The notes: a model not told the origin generated them from the sequence alone. 64,000 bases of DNA from an uncultured Holophagaceae bacterium (GCA_903873655.1 CAIQPH010000279.1:1321-65320), one strand, 5' to 3'; counted from the stretch's first letter, positions 1 to 9,923 are shown. Translations and numbers: made by a program.

Positions 1-1807
1 GGGGGTGAGTCTCCGCAGCTGTTTGAACCAGCACCCCGCGGCGGACTTGGTGCTGAGCGAGGAGCGCACGGCCATCTTCTGAAACCTCCAGGAGCTGGAG
101 TATGCCCGGGCTCCGCCAGAGGGGTCGCTGGATTCCTCTCATGGATATGGCCCAAAGGGCCGTCTGGTCGCCCTGGAGTTCCGAGACCCACAGTTCATCG
201 CCAGGCCCCCAGGCTAGGCCTGTGATGGTGGAACCCGACCCATCTCCTGCCTTCTGGAAAAGGACCCGGCGGTGACCCGCCGGATCATAGACGGCGATCT
301 CAGTGGCGCCCTTGGTGTTTTCCCCATCCGTCAGGGCAAGGTGGTTGCCATCTCGGGAAAGGCTGAGATGGCCGAGCGTCCTCGTGTTCGCACTGCAGGA
401 GAGAAGGAGATTCCCAATCGGGAACTCAAGACGGTACTGGGAGTCTGCCCCCAGGGAGAGGTTGGCCAGACCTGTGCCTTTCCAGACCGCCTCGGTGACA
501 GCCTCCTTGATCTCGCGCTGAGCCCCCCCACCACCGGGAACCAGGGTCAGAATGCCCCTGAAGGTATTTCCCGAAATTAGGCGGGGCGTGCGGAGGAACG
601 CCAATTCGTTGGCTGAGGAAACGCCGAGCACCAAGGCGTCCTGAATGCCCATGGCCTTGGGCTCTGAGCTGCGTGGATCGAGCACGAAGATCTCCGGCCG
701 AGCCCCGGCCACCCGTTCGGAAAAATAGACGGTTCGGCCATCGGGTCCGAAGCAAGCTGATTCGATGGTTCCCGGTACGAAGGTAAGGCGCTGGAAGGAC
801 GGCGGTGGCGTTCTGCCTCGGATGGCCCATCCGGCAAATCCGGCGACCACGAAAAGGGCACCGAGCACAACGGCCCACCGCCATGACGTCCTCCGATTCT
901 GCGGGGCAAAGGGAGCCGTGAAGGGCGCAGGCGTGTCCAAGGCCGCGGTGAGGTTATCCAGGGCGAAGGCCAGGTCCTCGGCATGCTGGAACCGGAAGGA
1001 GGGCTGTTTCTCTAGGCAACGGTCAAGGATCCGGCGCAACCCAGGCCAACCGAGTTTGTTGACCTCCTCCAGACCGGGCGGCTCCTCCTTGAGGATGGCG
1101 GAAAAGGTATCAGCCCAGGTCTCCCGCGTGAAGGCTTTTCGGCCGGTCAGCATCTCGAAGAGCACTGCCCCGAAGCTGAAGAAATCTGCCCGCGAATCAA
1201 CCGCTTCCCCGCGCACCTGCTCCGGGCTCATGTAGCCCAGCGTACCGAGGATCTTGCCCATCCCCGATTGGGGGTTCGGGGAGATGGCTTGAGTCGCCAG
1301 CAAGGAGCCGGAAGCCATCCCCAGGTCGGGCATCCGCATGGCCAGACCGAAATCCAGGATCTTGAGGCGGCCTTCCAAAGTGATCCAGAGGTTGTCCGGT
1401 TTCAGATCGCGGTGGACGACGCCTTTTTTATGCGCTGCCGCCAGACCCTGGGCCATCTGGATGGCCAGTTCCATGGCCTTGTGAGGAGAAATGGGACCCC
1501 GCTCCAGGCGGGCCCTGAGCGATTCGCCTTCAAGCAGCTCCATCACGACGTAGGTCATCCCGCCATGCGTCGAGAAGTCATGGATGCCCGTGATATTCGG
1601 ATGGTTCAGGGCCGCTACGGCCTTGGCCTCGCGCTCGAAGCGGGCCAGGAATTCGGGATGATTCGCCAGATGATCGGGGAGCACCTTGACGGCGACGAAG
1701 CGGTCCAGGCGCGTATCCTTGGCCTTCCAGACCTCACCCATCCCCCCCACTCCGAGGGGAGTAAGTATTTCGTAAGGGCCGAGCTGAGTGGCTTGCTGAA
1801 GGGACAT
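1..1807 (-). CDS. Ser/Thr protein kinase with probable C-terminal beta-propeller (TolB/PD40-like); runs off the window's left edge
   Basis: Hand translation from ATG 1807: MSLQQATQLGPYEILTPLGVGGMGEVWKA..VAVKVL..HRDLKPDN..DFGLA. The same frame reads GLAWGPGDELW near 200. Probably absent from the ORF track because it has no stop in the window. Confidence 0.9.
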   Translation of the reverse strand, partial: MSLQQATQLGPYEILTPLGVGGMGEVWKAKDTRLDRFVAVKVLPDHLANHPEFLARFEREAKAVAALNHPNITGIHDFSTHGGMTYVVMELLEGESLRARLERGPISPHKAMELAIQMAQGLAAAHKKGVVHRDLKPDNLWITLEGRLKILDFGLAMRMPDLGMASGSLLATQAISPNPQSGMGKILGTLGYMSPEQVRGEAVDSRADFFSFGAVLFEMLTGRKAFTRETWADTFSAILKEEPPGLEEVNKLGWPGLRRILDRCLEKQPSFRFQHAEDLAFALDNLTAALDTPAPFTAPFAPQNRRTSWRWAVVLGALFVVAGFAGWAIRGRTPPPSFQRLTFVPGTIESACFGPDGRTVYFSERVAGARPEIFVLDPRSSEPKAMGIQDALVLGVSSANELAFLRTPRLISGNTFRGILTLVPGGGGAQREIKEAVTEAVWKGTGLANLSLGADSQYRLEFPIGNLLLSCSANTRTLGHLSLSRDGNHLALTDGENTKGATEIAVYDPAGHRRVLFQKAGDGSGSTITGLAWGPGDELWVSELQGDQTALWAISMRGIQRPLWRSPGILQLLEVSEDGRALLAQHQVRRGVLVQTAAETHP

Positions 1808-1935
1808 GACGCCATCGACGCGTGGCAGACGCTTCCTGGGATGCAGAGACCCTCAAGGTAGAACCAATTGACCCTGAGTCAATGTCGCAATAACATTTTA
1901 AGCGAACTCTTTTCGACCATTTCTGGACAGGTGAA

Positions 1936-3237
1936 TCAACCCTTGCCCGCCCGATCCAAGCCGAAGAGGTGGCGCACTGCTTCGGCGCGGTCCAGGCGCC
2001 GGGAGGCGTCCGGTTCCTCCTTGAGGGCTTCGGTGGGAGTCTTCAGTAGTGAACGCACCATGGAGGAGGCGACGCGCAGGATCTTTTCCTGGTCACGTTC
2101 GGAAAGGTGGGCCATTTTCTGGATCTCGCGATCGAACTCCGTCTCCCGCACGGATTCGAAGCGCTGCCTCAGCGAGGTGATGGTAGGGACCACGGCGAGG
2201 GAGCCGAACCAGGCCAGGAACTCCTCCATTTCCTCCTCGAGGATCGCCAGGGCCGGGCCGATATCCTTCTGGCGCTCCTGGCGGTTCCGTTCGGCAATTT
2301 CCTGCAGGTCGTCCACGGCGTAGAGAAAGGCGTTGTCGAGGTCGCCCACTTTGGGGTCCACGTTGCGGGGGATGCCCAGGTCCAGGAAGAACAGAGGCTG
2401 ACCCCGGCGCTGGTGCAGCGCGGCCTTCGCGGCCTCCCGGGTGATGACGGGAGTGTCGGAGGAGGTGGCGCTCACCACGATGTCAGCCCGGGCGAGCCTG
2501 GACTCGAGCTGATCCCAGGGCAGGGCCTTGCCACCGCGCTTGCAGAGTTCCTCGGCCTTCTCCAGGGTGCGGTTGACCACCTCGATGTTCTTGGCGCCCC
2601 GGGCGAGCAGCAGGTCATAAAAGATCCCCGAAGTCTCGCCCGCCCCCAGGAGCAGGAAGTGGCGGGGGCTGAGGTCCTCGTAGATCTTCTGCGCCAGTTC
2701 GATGGCGACGCCGGGAATGGAGATGGGCCGGGAGCTGAGACCCGTCTCGGAACGCACCCGCTTGCCCGTTTCCACGGCCTTCTGGAACAGACGGTGCAGC
2801 ACGGACTTGGTGCCCCCGGCGCTGGAGGCCAGACGGAAGGCCTCCCGCACCTGGCCCAGGATCTGGTCCTCGCCCAGGGCGAGAGACTCCAATCCCGCAG
2901 CCACCCGCAGCAGGTGGCGCACCGCATCGGCCCCGGAGTGCTTGTAGCCGGAGGCAGCCACCTCGGGCTTGGGAATGCCGTGGAAGCGGGCGATGAAATC
3001 CGTGACGGCCTCGATGGGGTCCCGGCCGTCCAGACCCGGGCCGCTGAGCCCGTAGACTTCGCTGCGGTTGCAGGTGGAGACGATGACGCCCTCCGCCAAC
3101 AAGCCCTCCTGGCGCAGCGCCCCCAGGGCTTCCCGCACTTTCTCGGGAGAGAAGGCCAGGCGCTCGCGAAGTTCCACGGGGGTCTACCGGAAATCCCAGC
3201 CGACCAGGAGCAGTGGCGATTCGGAAGAACCACTCAC
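1936..3237 (-). CDS. hemA: Glutamyl-tRNA reductase, with in-frame TAG at codon 18 (3184-3186)
   Basis: STCNRSEVY, GEDQILGQV, GAGE and DLGIPRNV motifs. GTG 3237 overlaps the ccsA TGA and reads LLLVGWDFR*TPVELRERLAF, matching the HemA N-terminus. Confidence 0.9.
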
Positions 3238-4055
3238 CGGAACACGTGCTCCGCAGTGATGAAGAGGTTCACGATCGAATAGGAGAACATCAGCAGCACG
3301 AACCCGGCGATGGAGGTCCATGCCACTTTCTTGCCGCCCCACCCCAGCCGAGGCGCGATCAGTGTGAACGCGTAGACCAGGATGAGCAGCAGGGTGAAAG
3401 CGACTTTGGGATCCCAGTAGGTGCCCCAGTTCCGCTTGGCCCAGATCATGCCCAGGCAGGACGCCACCGCCAGGGCCAGGGCGCCCATGGCCACTGACGT
3501 GCGGTGCAGGCGGGTGAGCACGTCCAGGGCCGGAAGCCGCGAGAAGAGTAGCCCCAGCTTGTGCTTGTGCAGCTGCCGGGTCTGGAGCAGATACATCTGG
3601 GCCAGCACGAAAGAGAGGGTCAGACCGGCATAGCCCAGAATGGCGAGCGTGACGTGCATGGCGAAGAGGGAGCCCGACCGCATGGGGTCGTGCGGTGGGT
3701 GCGGGCCCTGGCTCGAAGGGGCGAGCAGGGAACCAGCCATGAAGAGGATCACCAGGGGGATCAGGAAAGGCCCGGTGGAACCTTCCCGGTGCCGGAGGAA
3801 GAGGATCCCGTAGGCCGCGGCGAGCATCCAGGCGAAGAGCGACAGGGAACCCGGCAGGTTCTGGTAGGGCACGGTGCCCACGGCGCGCCCTCCCACCTCC
3901 AGGGCGAGGAAGTGCACCAGGAAGCCCAGCAGAAGCAGGATGGTGGCCGTCCAGCCATAACCCTCGCGGCCCGTCCGGAGATGGCCGATGGAGAAGGCCT
4001 CCGCGGCCCCGTACAAGCCCAAGGCGGTCAGACTCATGCCGAGTGGTCCAATCAT
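3234..4055 (-). CDS. ccsA: Cytochrome c assembly protein (CcsA/HemX-like)
   Basis: Multi-TM protein with MHVTLAILGY and GMIWAKRNWGTYWDPK (WWD-like) motifs; coupled to hemA. Confidence 0.8.
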   Translation of the reverse strand: MIGPLGMSLTALGLYGAAEAFSIGHLRTGREGYGWTATILLLLGFLVHFLALEVGGRAVGTVPYQNLPGSLSLFAWMLAAAYGILFLRHREGSTGPFLIPLVILFMAGSLLAPSSQGPHPPHDPMRSGSLFAMHVTLAILGYAGLTLSFVLAQMYLLQTRQLHKHKLGLLFSRLPALDVLTRLHRTSVAMGALALAVASCLGMIWAKRNWGTYWDPKVAFTLLLILVYAFTLIAPRLGWGGKKVAWTSIAGFVLLMFSYSIVNLFITAEHVFR

Positions 4056-4099
4056 GCAGGCATGATAGCGCACCCAAAGGACTGAGGTAATCTAGACCC

Positions 4100-4600
4100 A
4101 TGTCCGACCCCACGCCTGTCTTGAGACTCCCCATGCCGCTCCGCAAACAGAAGGCGGTCAAAGCCGCCTGGAAGCCCCTGCTTCTCCAGTGGCTGGTTCC
4201 CGGAGCCGGCTACTGGGTGATCGGAGAGAAGGGAAGGGCCAAGGCCTTCTTCGGCGTATGGGTGCTGTTCTGTCTCCTTGGGGCGCTGCAAATGCAGCTT
4301 GGCGCCGTGGACGGGGTGAAGGGCGGCGTCTTCGTGCCCGTCCAGGGATCCTGGCTGTCCACCCTCGGAGCTCTGGGCACGCTGGGTATCGGGCCCCTGT
4401 ACGGTGCGTTCGCCTGGACCTTCGGAGGTGCGGGCACCGAACCCGTGCGCACGCTGACCCAGGAATACGGCTCGACCTATGTGATGGTCGCCGGCCTCCT
4501 GAACTGGCTCTGCTGCTTCGACCTCTGGGATCGCGTCACGGGCCGCTGGATCTTCCGCCTGCCCAAGGATGAACAAATCCAGGTCGCCAAGGGCGAATAG
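4100..4600 (+). CDS. DUF6677-like membrane protein
   Basis: WLVPGAGY..EYGSTYVMVAGLLN pattern; hydrophobic. Confidence 0.65.
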   Translation: MSDPTPVLRLPMPLRKQKAVKAAWKPLLLQWLVPGAGYWVIGEKGRAKAFFGVWVLFCLLGALQMQLGAVDGVKGGVFVPVQGSWLSTLGALGTLGIGPLYGAFAWTFGGAGTEPVRTLTQEYGSTYVMVAGLLNWLCCFDLWDRVTGRWIFRLPKDEQIQVAKGE

Positions 4601-4634
4601 CCGACCGCCGCGGAGGACACCCTTGGGACCACCT

Positions 4635-6722
4635 ATGGACGCTCCCGCCGAAGGAGGAACGGAAGGGTCTCTTCGGTTGCCGGCGGCCACGATCTTCCTG
4701 AGCGCCTTCCTCCTCTTCCAGGTCCAGCCGATGGTGGGCAAGCTGGTTCTGCCGTGGTTCGGAGGCAGCGCCGGCGTCTGGACAACCTGCCTGCTGTTCT
4801 TCCAGACCCTCCTGCTCCTGGGCTATCTGTACTCGCATCTGGTGGTGCGCCACTTGTCCCAGAAGGGCCAGATCCGGGTGCATGGTGGGCTGCTCTTGGC
4901 TGCCCTGCTCACCCTCCCCCTCCGGCTGCACCCCTTCTTCCGACCCCTTGGCGGCAACGAACCGTTGGGCCACCTCCTGGGTCTGCTCACCCTGACGGTG
5001 GGATTCCCGTATCTGCTGCTCTCGACCACCGGCCCCCTGGTGCAGGCCTGGGTGGCCCGTCGCGGGCGCATCCCCTACCGGCTCTTCGCCCTGTCGAACC
5101 TGGCCTCGATGCTGGCGCTCGCGTCCTACCCGCTGCTGGTGGAGCCCTTCCTCCCCTTGAAAGCGCAGGCCTGGCTCTGGTCCGCAGGTTTCGCCACCTT
5201 CGCCGGGCTGGTCTTCGCCCTGGCACGGCGCAATGCCTTTGAAGCAGTGGACCGCAAGGCCACCCCGGAACCCGAGGAACGACCCGGAACTATCCTGAAG
5301 CTGCTTTGGATCGCCTTCGCGGCCGTGCCTTCGCTGCTGCTGATGGCCGTGACCACGCATCTCAGCACCAACGTGGCCCCCATCCCCTTCCTGTGGATCC
5401 TGCCGCTGGGCTTGTACCTACTCAGCTTCATCCTCTGCTTCGAGGGAAGCCGGTGGTACCAGCGCGGCCTCTTCCTGGGGCTGCTGCCCGTGCTCCTGGT
5501 GATCATGTCCCTCGCCCTGCGGCCTGACTTCAAATGGATGGATTACCGGTTCGAGGCGCTGAGCAAGGCGGCGTTCTGGCTGGCCTCCGTCCGTGGCCAG
5601 GTGCTGCTCTTCAGCCTGGGGCTCTTCGTCGCCTGCATGGTGGCGCACGGAGAGCTTGCCCGGCGCCGCCCCCATCCGCAGTTCCTGACCGGGTTCTACC
5701 TGCGCCTCAGCCTCGGCGGCGCCATGGGCGGCCTTTTCGTGGCCTACCTGGCCCCGCGGATCTTCACCACCTATCTGGAACTCCCCCTGGGGCTCGCCGC
5801 CGCTGCCGCAGTGGCAGGACTGTCCTTGGCCTGGGACCAGAGCCCGAGGCCTCGCTGGCAGCGTCCGGTGGCTGGCGCCATGAGCGTGCTGGCCCTGGGG
5901 CTTGGCCTTCACGCCCTTCGACTGAACAGGCCTGAGGACCAGATCACGATCGCCCGGGGGAGGAATTTCTACGGCACTCTCGCCGTCTTCGACAATCCTG
6001 AGCACACTTGGCGGACCCTGGCGCACGGCACGATCACCCATGGCGGCCAGTTCCTGGATCCGGCCAAGGCCAATCACCCGGCGACCTACTACAGCCTGGA
6101 CTCCGGTGTGGGTCTGGCCATCGCCAGCCTGAAGGAACCGCCTCGGAAGCTGGGTCTGGTGGGCCTGGGGACCGGCAGCCTGGCAGCCTATGGCCGGCCC
6201 GGCGACCAACTCCGCTTCTACGAGATCAACCCGCTGGTGGAACCCTTCGCCCGGCACTACTTCACCTACCTGGGACAGAGCCTGGCGGCCACAGAGGTGA
6301 TGCTGGGCGATGCGAGACTGAGCCTGGAGGCCGAGAGCGCCCAGGGGTATGACCTGCTGGCCATCGATGCTTTCTCCAGTGATGCAATCCCCGTGCACCT
6401 GCTGACCCGCGAAGCATTTGCCCTCTACTTTCGGCACCTGGCCCCGGGGGGCGTGCTGGCAGTCCATGTTTCCAACCGCTACCTGGAGCTCCGGCCAGTG
6501 GTGCGTGCCTCAGTGGATGCTTTCGGCTGGAAGGCCCGGGTCGTGGATACGGATTCGGACGAGGAGGAAGGCACGTATGGATCCACCTGGGTTCTCGTCA
6601 CCCAGGACGATGCCTTCTTTGACGGTCCCGCCTTCCGGGACAACGAGGACGTGAAGCCCCTGCCGGACAAGGCCCTGCTCTGGCGGGACGACTTCAGCAA
6701 CCTCTTCCGGGTACTAAAATAA
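4635..6722 (+). CDS. Membrane-fused spermidine-synthase-like SAM-dependent protein
   Basis: N-terminal multi-TM region (FLSAFLLFQVQP) plus GLGTGSLA, YEINP, GDAR and DAFSSDAIPVHLLT motifs. Start uncertain (4569 or 4635). Confidence 0.8.
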   Translation: MDAPAEGGTEGSLRLPAATIFLSAFLLFQVQPMVGKLVLPWFGGSAGVWTTCLLFFQTLLLLGYLYSHLVVRHLSQKGQIRVHGGLLLAALLTLPLRLHPFFRPLGGNEPLGHLLGLLTLTVGFPYLLLSTTGPLVQAWVARRGRIPYRLFALSNLASMLALASYPLLVEPFLPLKAQAWLWSAGFATFAGLVFALARRNAFEAVDRKATPEPEERPGTILKLLWIAFAAVPSLLLMAVTTHLSTNVAPIPFLWILPLGLYLLSFILCFEGSRWYQRGLFLGLLPVLLVIMSLALRPDFKWMDYRFEALSKAAFWLASVRGQVLLFSLGLFVACMVAHGELARRRPHPQFLTGFYLRLSLGGAMGGLFVAYLAPRIFTTYLELPLGLAAAAAVAGLSLAWDQSPRPRWQRPVAGAMSVLALGLGLHALRLNRPEDQITIARGRNFYGTLAVFDNPEHTWRTLAHGTITHGGQFLDPAKANHPATYYSLDSGVGLAIASLKEPPRKLGLVGLGTGSLAAYGRPGDQLRFYEINPLVEPFARHYFTYLGQSLAATEVMLGDARLSLEAESAQGYDLLAIDAFSSDAIPVHLLTREAFALYFRHLAPGGVLAVHVSNRYLELRPVVRASVDAFGWKARVVDTDSDEEEGTYGSTWVLVTQDDAFFDGPAFRDNEDVKPLPDKALLWRDDFSNLFRVLK

Positions 6723-6736
6723 GCTGCGAAGCGGCA

Positions 6737-6793
6737 TAAGGGGCCGTAACGAAATACCCAGAACCGCACTGGCTATTTCGAAACGGCCCCTAA
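6737..6793. mobile_element. Minimal MITE-like inverted-repeat element
   Basis: TAA-GGGGCCGTAACGAAATA ... TATTTCGAAACGGCCCC-TAA; the TIR resembles that of the 36756 element. Confidence 0.55.
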
Positions 6794-7909
6794 TCAGCCC
6801 TGAGCTTTGAGGCTCTTGGCCAGCAGCTGGGTGCGGATGAAGACATCGAGGTCGCCGTCCAGGACCTTCTGGGTCTGGCTGGTCTCCGCGCCGGTGCGAT
6901 GGTCCTTCACCATCTGGTAGGGCTGGAGGACATAGCTCCGGATCTGGCTGCCCCAGGCCACATCCGCCTTGTCCCCGCTGGCAGCGGCCACCCTATCCAG
7001 GAACTTCCTCTGCTCCAGTTCGTAGAGGCGACCCTGCAGGACTTTCAGGGCCGTCGCGCGATTCTTGATCTGGCTGCGCTCGTTCTGGCAGCTGACCACG
7101 ATGCCCGTGGGCAGGTGCGTGAAGCGCACGGCGGACTCAGTGCGGTTCACATGCTGGCCACCCGCCCCGCTGGCGCGGAAGACGTCGATCTTGAGGTCCT
7201 TCTCGGGAATGTCGACGTTGATGGTGTCATCCAACTCAGGGCTCACGTACACGGCTGCAAAGCTGGTGTGACGGCGTTTGGCGGAATCGAAGGGGCTGAT
7301 GCGCACCAGGCGATGCACCCCAGCCTCTGCCCTCAGGTACCCGTATGAGAAGGGGGCATCCACGATGAACGTGGCCCCCTTGATGCCGGCCTCCTCCCCA
7401 TCCTGGTAGTCAATCATCTCCGTGGGCCAGCCCTTGGATTCGCAGAAGCGCAGGTACATGCGCAGCAGCATCGCCGCCCAGTCCTGGCTTTCCGTGCCAC
7501 CGGCACCGGGCGCGATCGCCACGATGGCATGGTTGTTGTCGAGGTCGCCACTGAGCATCATGCGCAGTTCGGCATCCTCGATGGCCTTGCGGAGACCGAT
7601 CTCGACGGAACCGGCTTCCGCCAGCATGTCCGCGTCCTCGCGCGCCAGTTCCAGACCCGTCTCAAGATCCTCCAGGCCGCTGGTCAAGCGCTTGGCCAGG
7701 GCGATGTCGTTCGTGATCGAGCCCCGCTTCTGCAGCAGGGGCTTGGCAGCTTCGGGGTCGTCCCAGAAACCCGGCGCCGTAGTCCGTTCCTCGATCTGTT
7801 CCAGTTCAAGGGCCTTGCGTTCCGGATCCAGGTGGGCGACTAGCTGCTGGACGCGGGGTTCCAGCTCGTTCTTGGCCCGCACCAGGGTCTCGAAATCCAT
7901 CGTCAGCAT
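6794..7909 (-). CDS. prfB: Peptide chain release factor 2 (no programmed frameshift)
   Basis: SPF tripeptide (RISPFDS), GAGGQHVN and WGSQIRSY motifs. Continuous ORF from ATG 7909 or 7900. Confidence 0.95.
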   Translation of the reverse strand: MLTMDFETLVRAKNELEPRVQQLVAHLDPERKALELEQIEERTTAPGFWDDPEAAKPLLQKRGSITNDIALAKRLTSGLEDLETGLELAREDADMLAEAGSVEIGLRKAIEDAELRMMLSGDLDNNHAIVAIAPGAGGTESQDWAAMLLRMYLRFCESKGWPTEMIDYQDGEEAGIKGATFIVDAPFSYGYLRAEAGVHRLVRISPFDSAKRRHTSFAAVYVSPELDDTINVDIPEKDLKIDVFRASGAGGQHVNRTESAVRFTHLPTGIVVSCQNERSQIKNRATALKVLQGRLYELEQRKFLDRVAAASGDKADVAWGSQIRSYVLQPYQMVKDHRTGAETSQTQKVLDGDLDVFIRTQLLAKSLKAQG

Positions 7910-7999
7910 CTCCGTCCCCCCGTGGCGATCTTGCAGACTGGAGGAACCTTCGAGTTTAAAGCAATCCGTAGGATTCCAGGCCCACGCTATTCTGGTTGG

Positions 8000-8995
8000 A
8001 TGTCTGGTTTCATCCCTGTGATCCCCGCCGATCTGGAGCCCACCATCCGTGGGGTCCTGACCGGGCATGGGGGAGTGCCGCTGGCTTGGGCGCGCTGGGA
8101 ACATCCCTCCCCCAAGGGCCGGGTGGTGATCTCGCATGGCTATGGCGAGCATGGCGAGCGGTACCGCCACACGGCGCATTGGCTGCACGAACTGGGCTGG
8201 TCGGTTTCCAGCGTGGATCACCGGGGCTTCGGCCGCTCCGGCGGCATCCGCGGTGACGCTGTGGGGATCCGGGCCTTCGTGGATGACCTGGCACTCTTCC
8301 TGCGCCAGGAGCGACGCTACGACGCCGAGCGGACTGGCGCCGTGGCCCGATTGGTGGACGGGGTACCCATGCCGCCCCTGCCCGTCTGTCCCCAGGTGGT
8401 GCTTGGGCACAGCTTTGGGGGCCTCGTCGCCATCCTGGCCTTGTTGTGGCATGCGGACACTCTGGATGGCCTGATTCTGTCGAGCCCTGCCGTGGCCGTG
8501 AAATCCAATTCAAGGCTTCTGCTGGTACTATCGCGACTGCTCCGATGGGTCATGCCTCATCGCCCTATCCGGCTCCACGGCGACAAAAGCCGGGTCTGTT
8601 CCGATCCCGTCCTCGTCCAGCGCTACGAAGCTGATCCACTCTGCCACCGATGGGCGACGGCGGCCTTCGGGGCTGCCCTGGATGAAGGTCGGGCCGAAGT
8701 GCTCCATCTCGGCCATGAATTGGACCGCCCGATGCTCCTGTTGGAATCGGGAACCGACACGGTGGTGAACCCGGACGCGTCAGAGACGCTCTGGTCAGCC
8801 GTGCGCCCGGAACTCCTGGAGCGCCACCGTCTGCAGGACGTCTTTCATGAGATCTTCCATGATCGCCGCCGGGCCGACGCCCAAGCCCTGGTCGAGCCCT
8901 GGCTGGAAAAGCTCTACCAAGCCTGGATCCCTTCGTCCAGGAACTCTTCGCACTGTCCTGCCATGTTTGAAGTGCCGTCCTCGGAGTCCGCATGA
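8000..8995 (+). CDS. Alpha/beta hydrolase (lysophospholipase-like)
   Basis: HGYGEH, DHRGFGRS, GHSFGG nucleophile elbow, FHEIFHD. Confidence 0.85.
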   Translation: MSGFIPVIPADLEPTIRGVLTGHGGVPLAWARWEHPSPKGRVVISHGYGEHGERYRHTAHWLHELGWSVSSVDHRGFGRSGGIRGDAVGIRAFVDDLALFLRQERRYDAERTGAVARLVDGVPMPPLPVCPQVVLGHSFGGLVAILALLWHADTLDGLILSSPAVAVKSNSRLLLVLSRLLRWVMPHRPIRLHGDKSRVCSDPVLVQRYEADPLCHRWATAAFGAALDEGRAEVLHLGHELDRPMLLLESGTDTVVNPDASETLWSAVRPELLERHRLQDVFHEIFHDRRRADAQALVEPWLEKLYQAWIPSSRNSSHCPAMFEVPSSESA

Positions 8996-9921
8996 AGCGC
9001 ATCATCACCGTCCTCACCTTGGCCGCCACATTGGCGACTCTGGGCCTGGGCTGCCGCAAACCGCAAGGTATCGACAAGGGCATTTCTGCCGCCGATTTGC
9101 TGTCGACGGCTGAAAAGCAGATGAAACAGGGCAAGTTTGCCGATGCCCGCACCACCCTGCGCCACTTGGAGCAGTACCTCCCGGGATCAGCTGAATTCCC
9201 CAAGGCCAAGCTCATGCTGGGCGACAGCTTCTTCTTCCAGAGCAGCCCCAGCTTCCCGGAAGCCGAGATCGAATACGCCAGCTTCCTCAACTATTTTCCT
9301 CGCCACGAGCTGCGGGACTACGCCCTCTACCACCGCGCGCTGTGCCACTTCTCCTCCATCGAAAGCGCCGAACGAGACCAGGCCGAAACCCGGAAGGCCC
9401 TGGACGGCTTCCAGCAGCTGCTCAAGGATTCCCCCGGAAGCCCATATGTGGGAGAAACCCGCGCCAAGATTCTCCAGTGCTGGCGCCGCATCGCCGAACA
9501 CGAGCTGCTGGTGGGCGTGTTCTACGTGAACACCTACTTCTACCCCGGCGCCGAACGCCGCCTCAAGAACCTGCTGGAAACCTACCCGGATTACGTGGAC
9601 CGCGAGCGGGCCTACTTCTACCTGGGAGAGGCCATGCGCCTGCGGCTACTATCCATGGAAGAGCTGACTCAATTCAACAAGGACTATGCACTGAAGCAGC
9701 AGAAGGACAATTTGAAGGACCTCAGCAAGGCCCAGCTCGACCAGTACGGCAAGGATTTCCAGGCCTTCAGCGTTGAGCGGATCAAGGTTTTTCGAGGCGA
9801 AGCCAAGAGCTATTACCGAAAGCTGGTGGAAAGCTACCCTGACTCAGAGTGGTCTCGCCGCGCCTCCGACCGTCTCATCACCATGGGGTTGGAGGGCGCC
9901 AAGGAGCAGTTGGATAGTTGA
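8992..9921 (+). CDS. bamD: Outer membrane protein assembly factor BamD
   Basis: Lipobox LGLGC, TPR-like helices, ERDQAETRKA and IAEHELLVGVFY motifs. Confidence 0.85.
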   Translation: MKRIITVLTLAATLATLGLGCRKPQGIDKGISAADLLSTAEKQMKQGKFADARTTLRHLEQYLPGSAEFPKAKLMLGDSFFFQSSPSFPEAEIEYASFLNYFPRHELRDYALYHRALCHFSSIESAERDQAETRKALDGFQQLLKDSPGSPYVGETRAKILQCWRRIAEHELLVGVFYVNTYFYPGAERRLKNLLETYPDYVDRERAYFYLGEAMRLRLLSMEELTQFNKDYALKQQKDNLKDLSKAQLDQYGKDFQAFSVERIKVFRGEAKSYYRKLVESYPDSEWSRRASDRLITMGLEGAKEQLDS

Positions 9922-9923
9922 TT

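Noticed and set aside
1268-1861. Plus-strand ORFs over the kinase, and other long antisense ORFs (e.g. 24264-25859, 34820-36496, 43005-44504, 61397-63355)
   Set aside because: Shadow ORFs typical of high-GC DNA; the opposite strand carries the recognisable proteins.
3184-3186. Genome-wide TAG reassignment
   Set aside because: rplS, rplU, nadD, rsfS and gdh end in TAG at their expected C-termini.
7910-8452. Long N-terminal extensions in the ORF track (prfB; also SDR, envC, pilC, trmD, argB, argG)
   Set aside because: They overlap neighbouring genes; downstream starts match the family N-termini and have SD or coupling signals.
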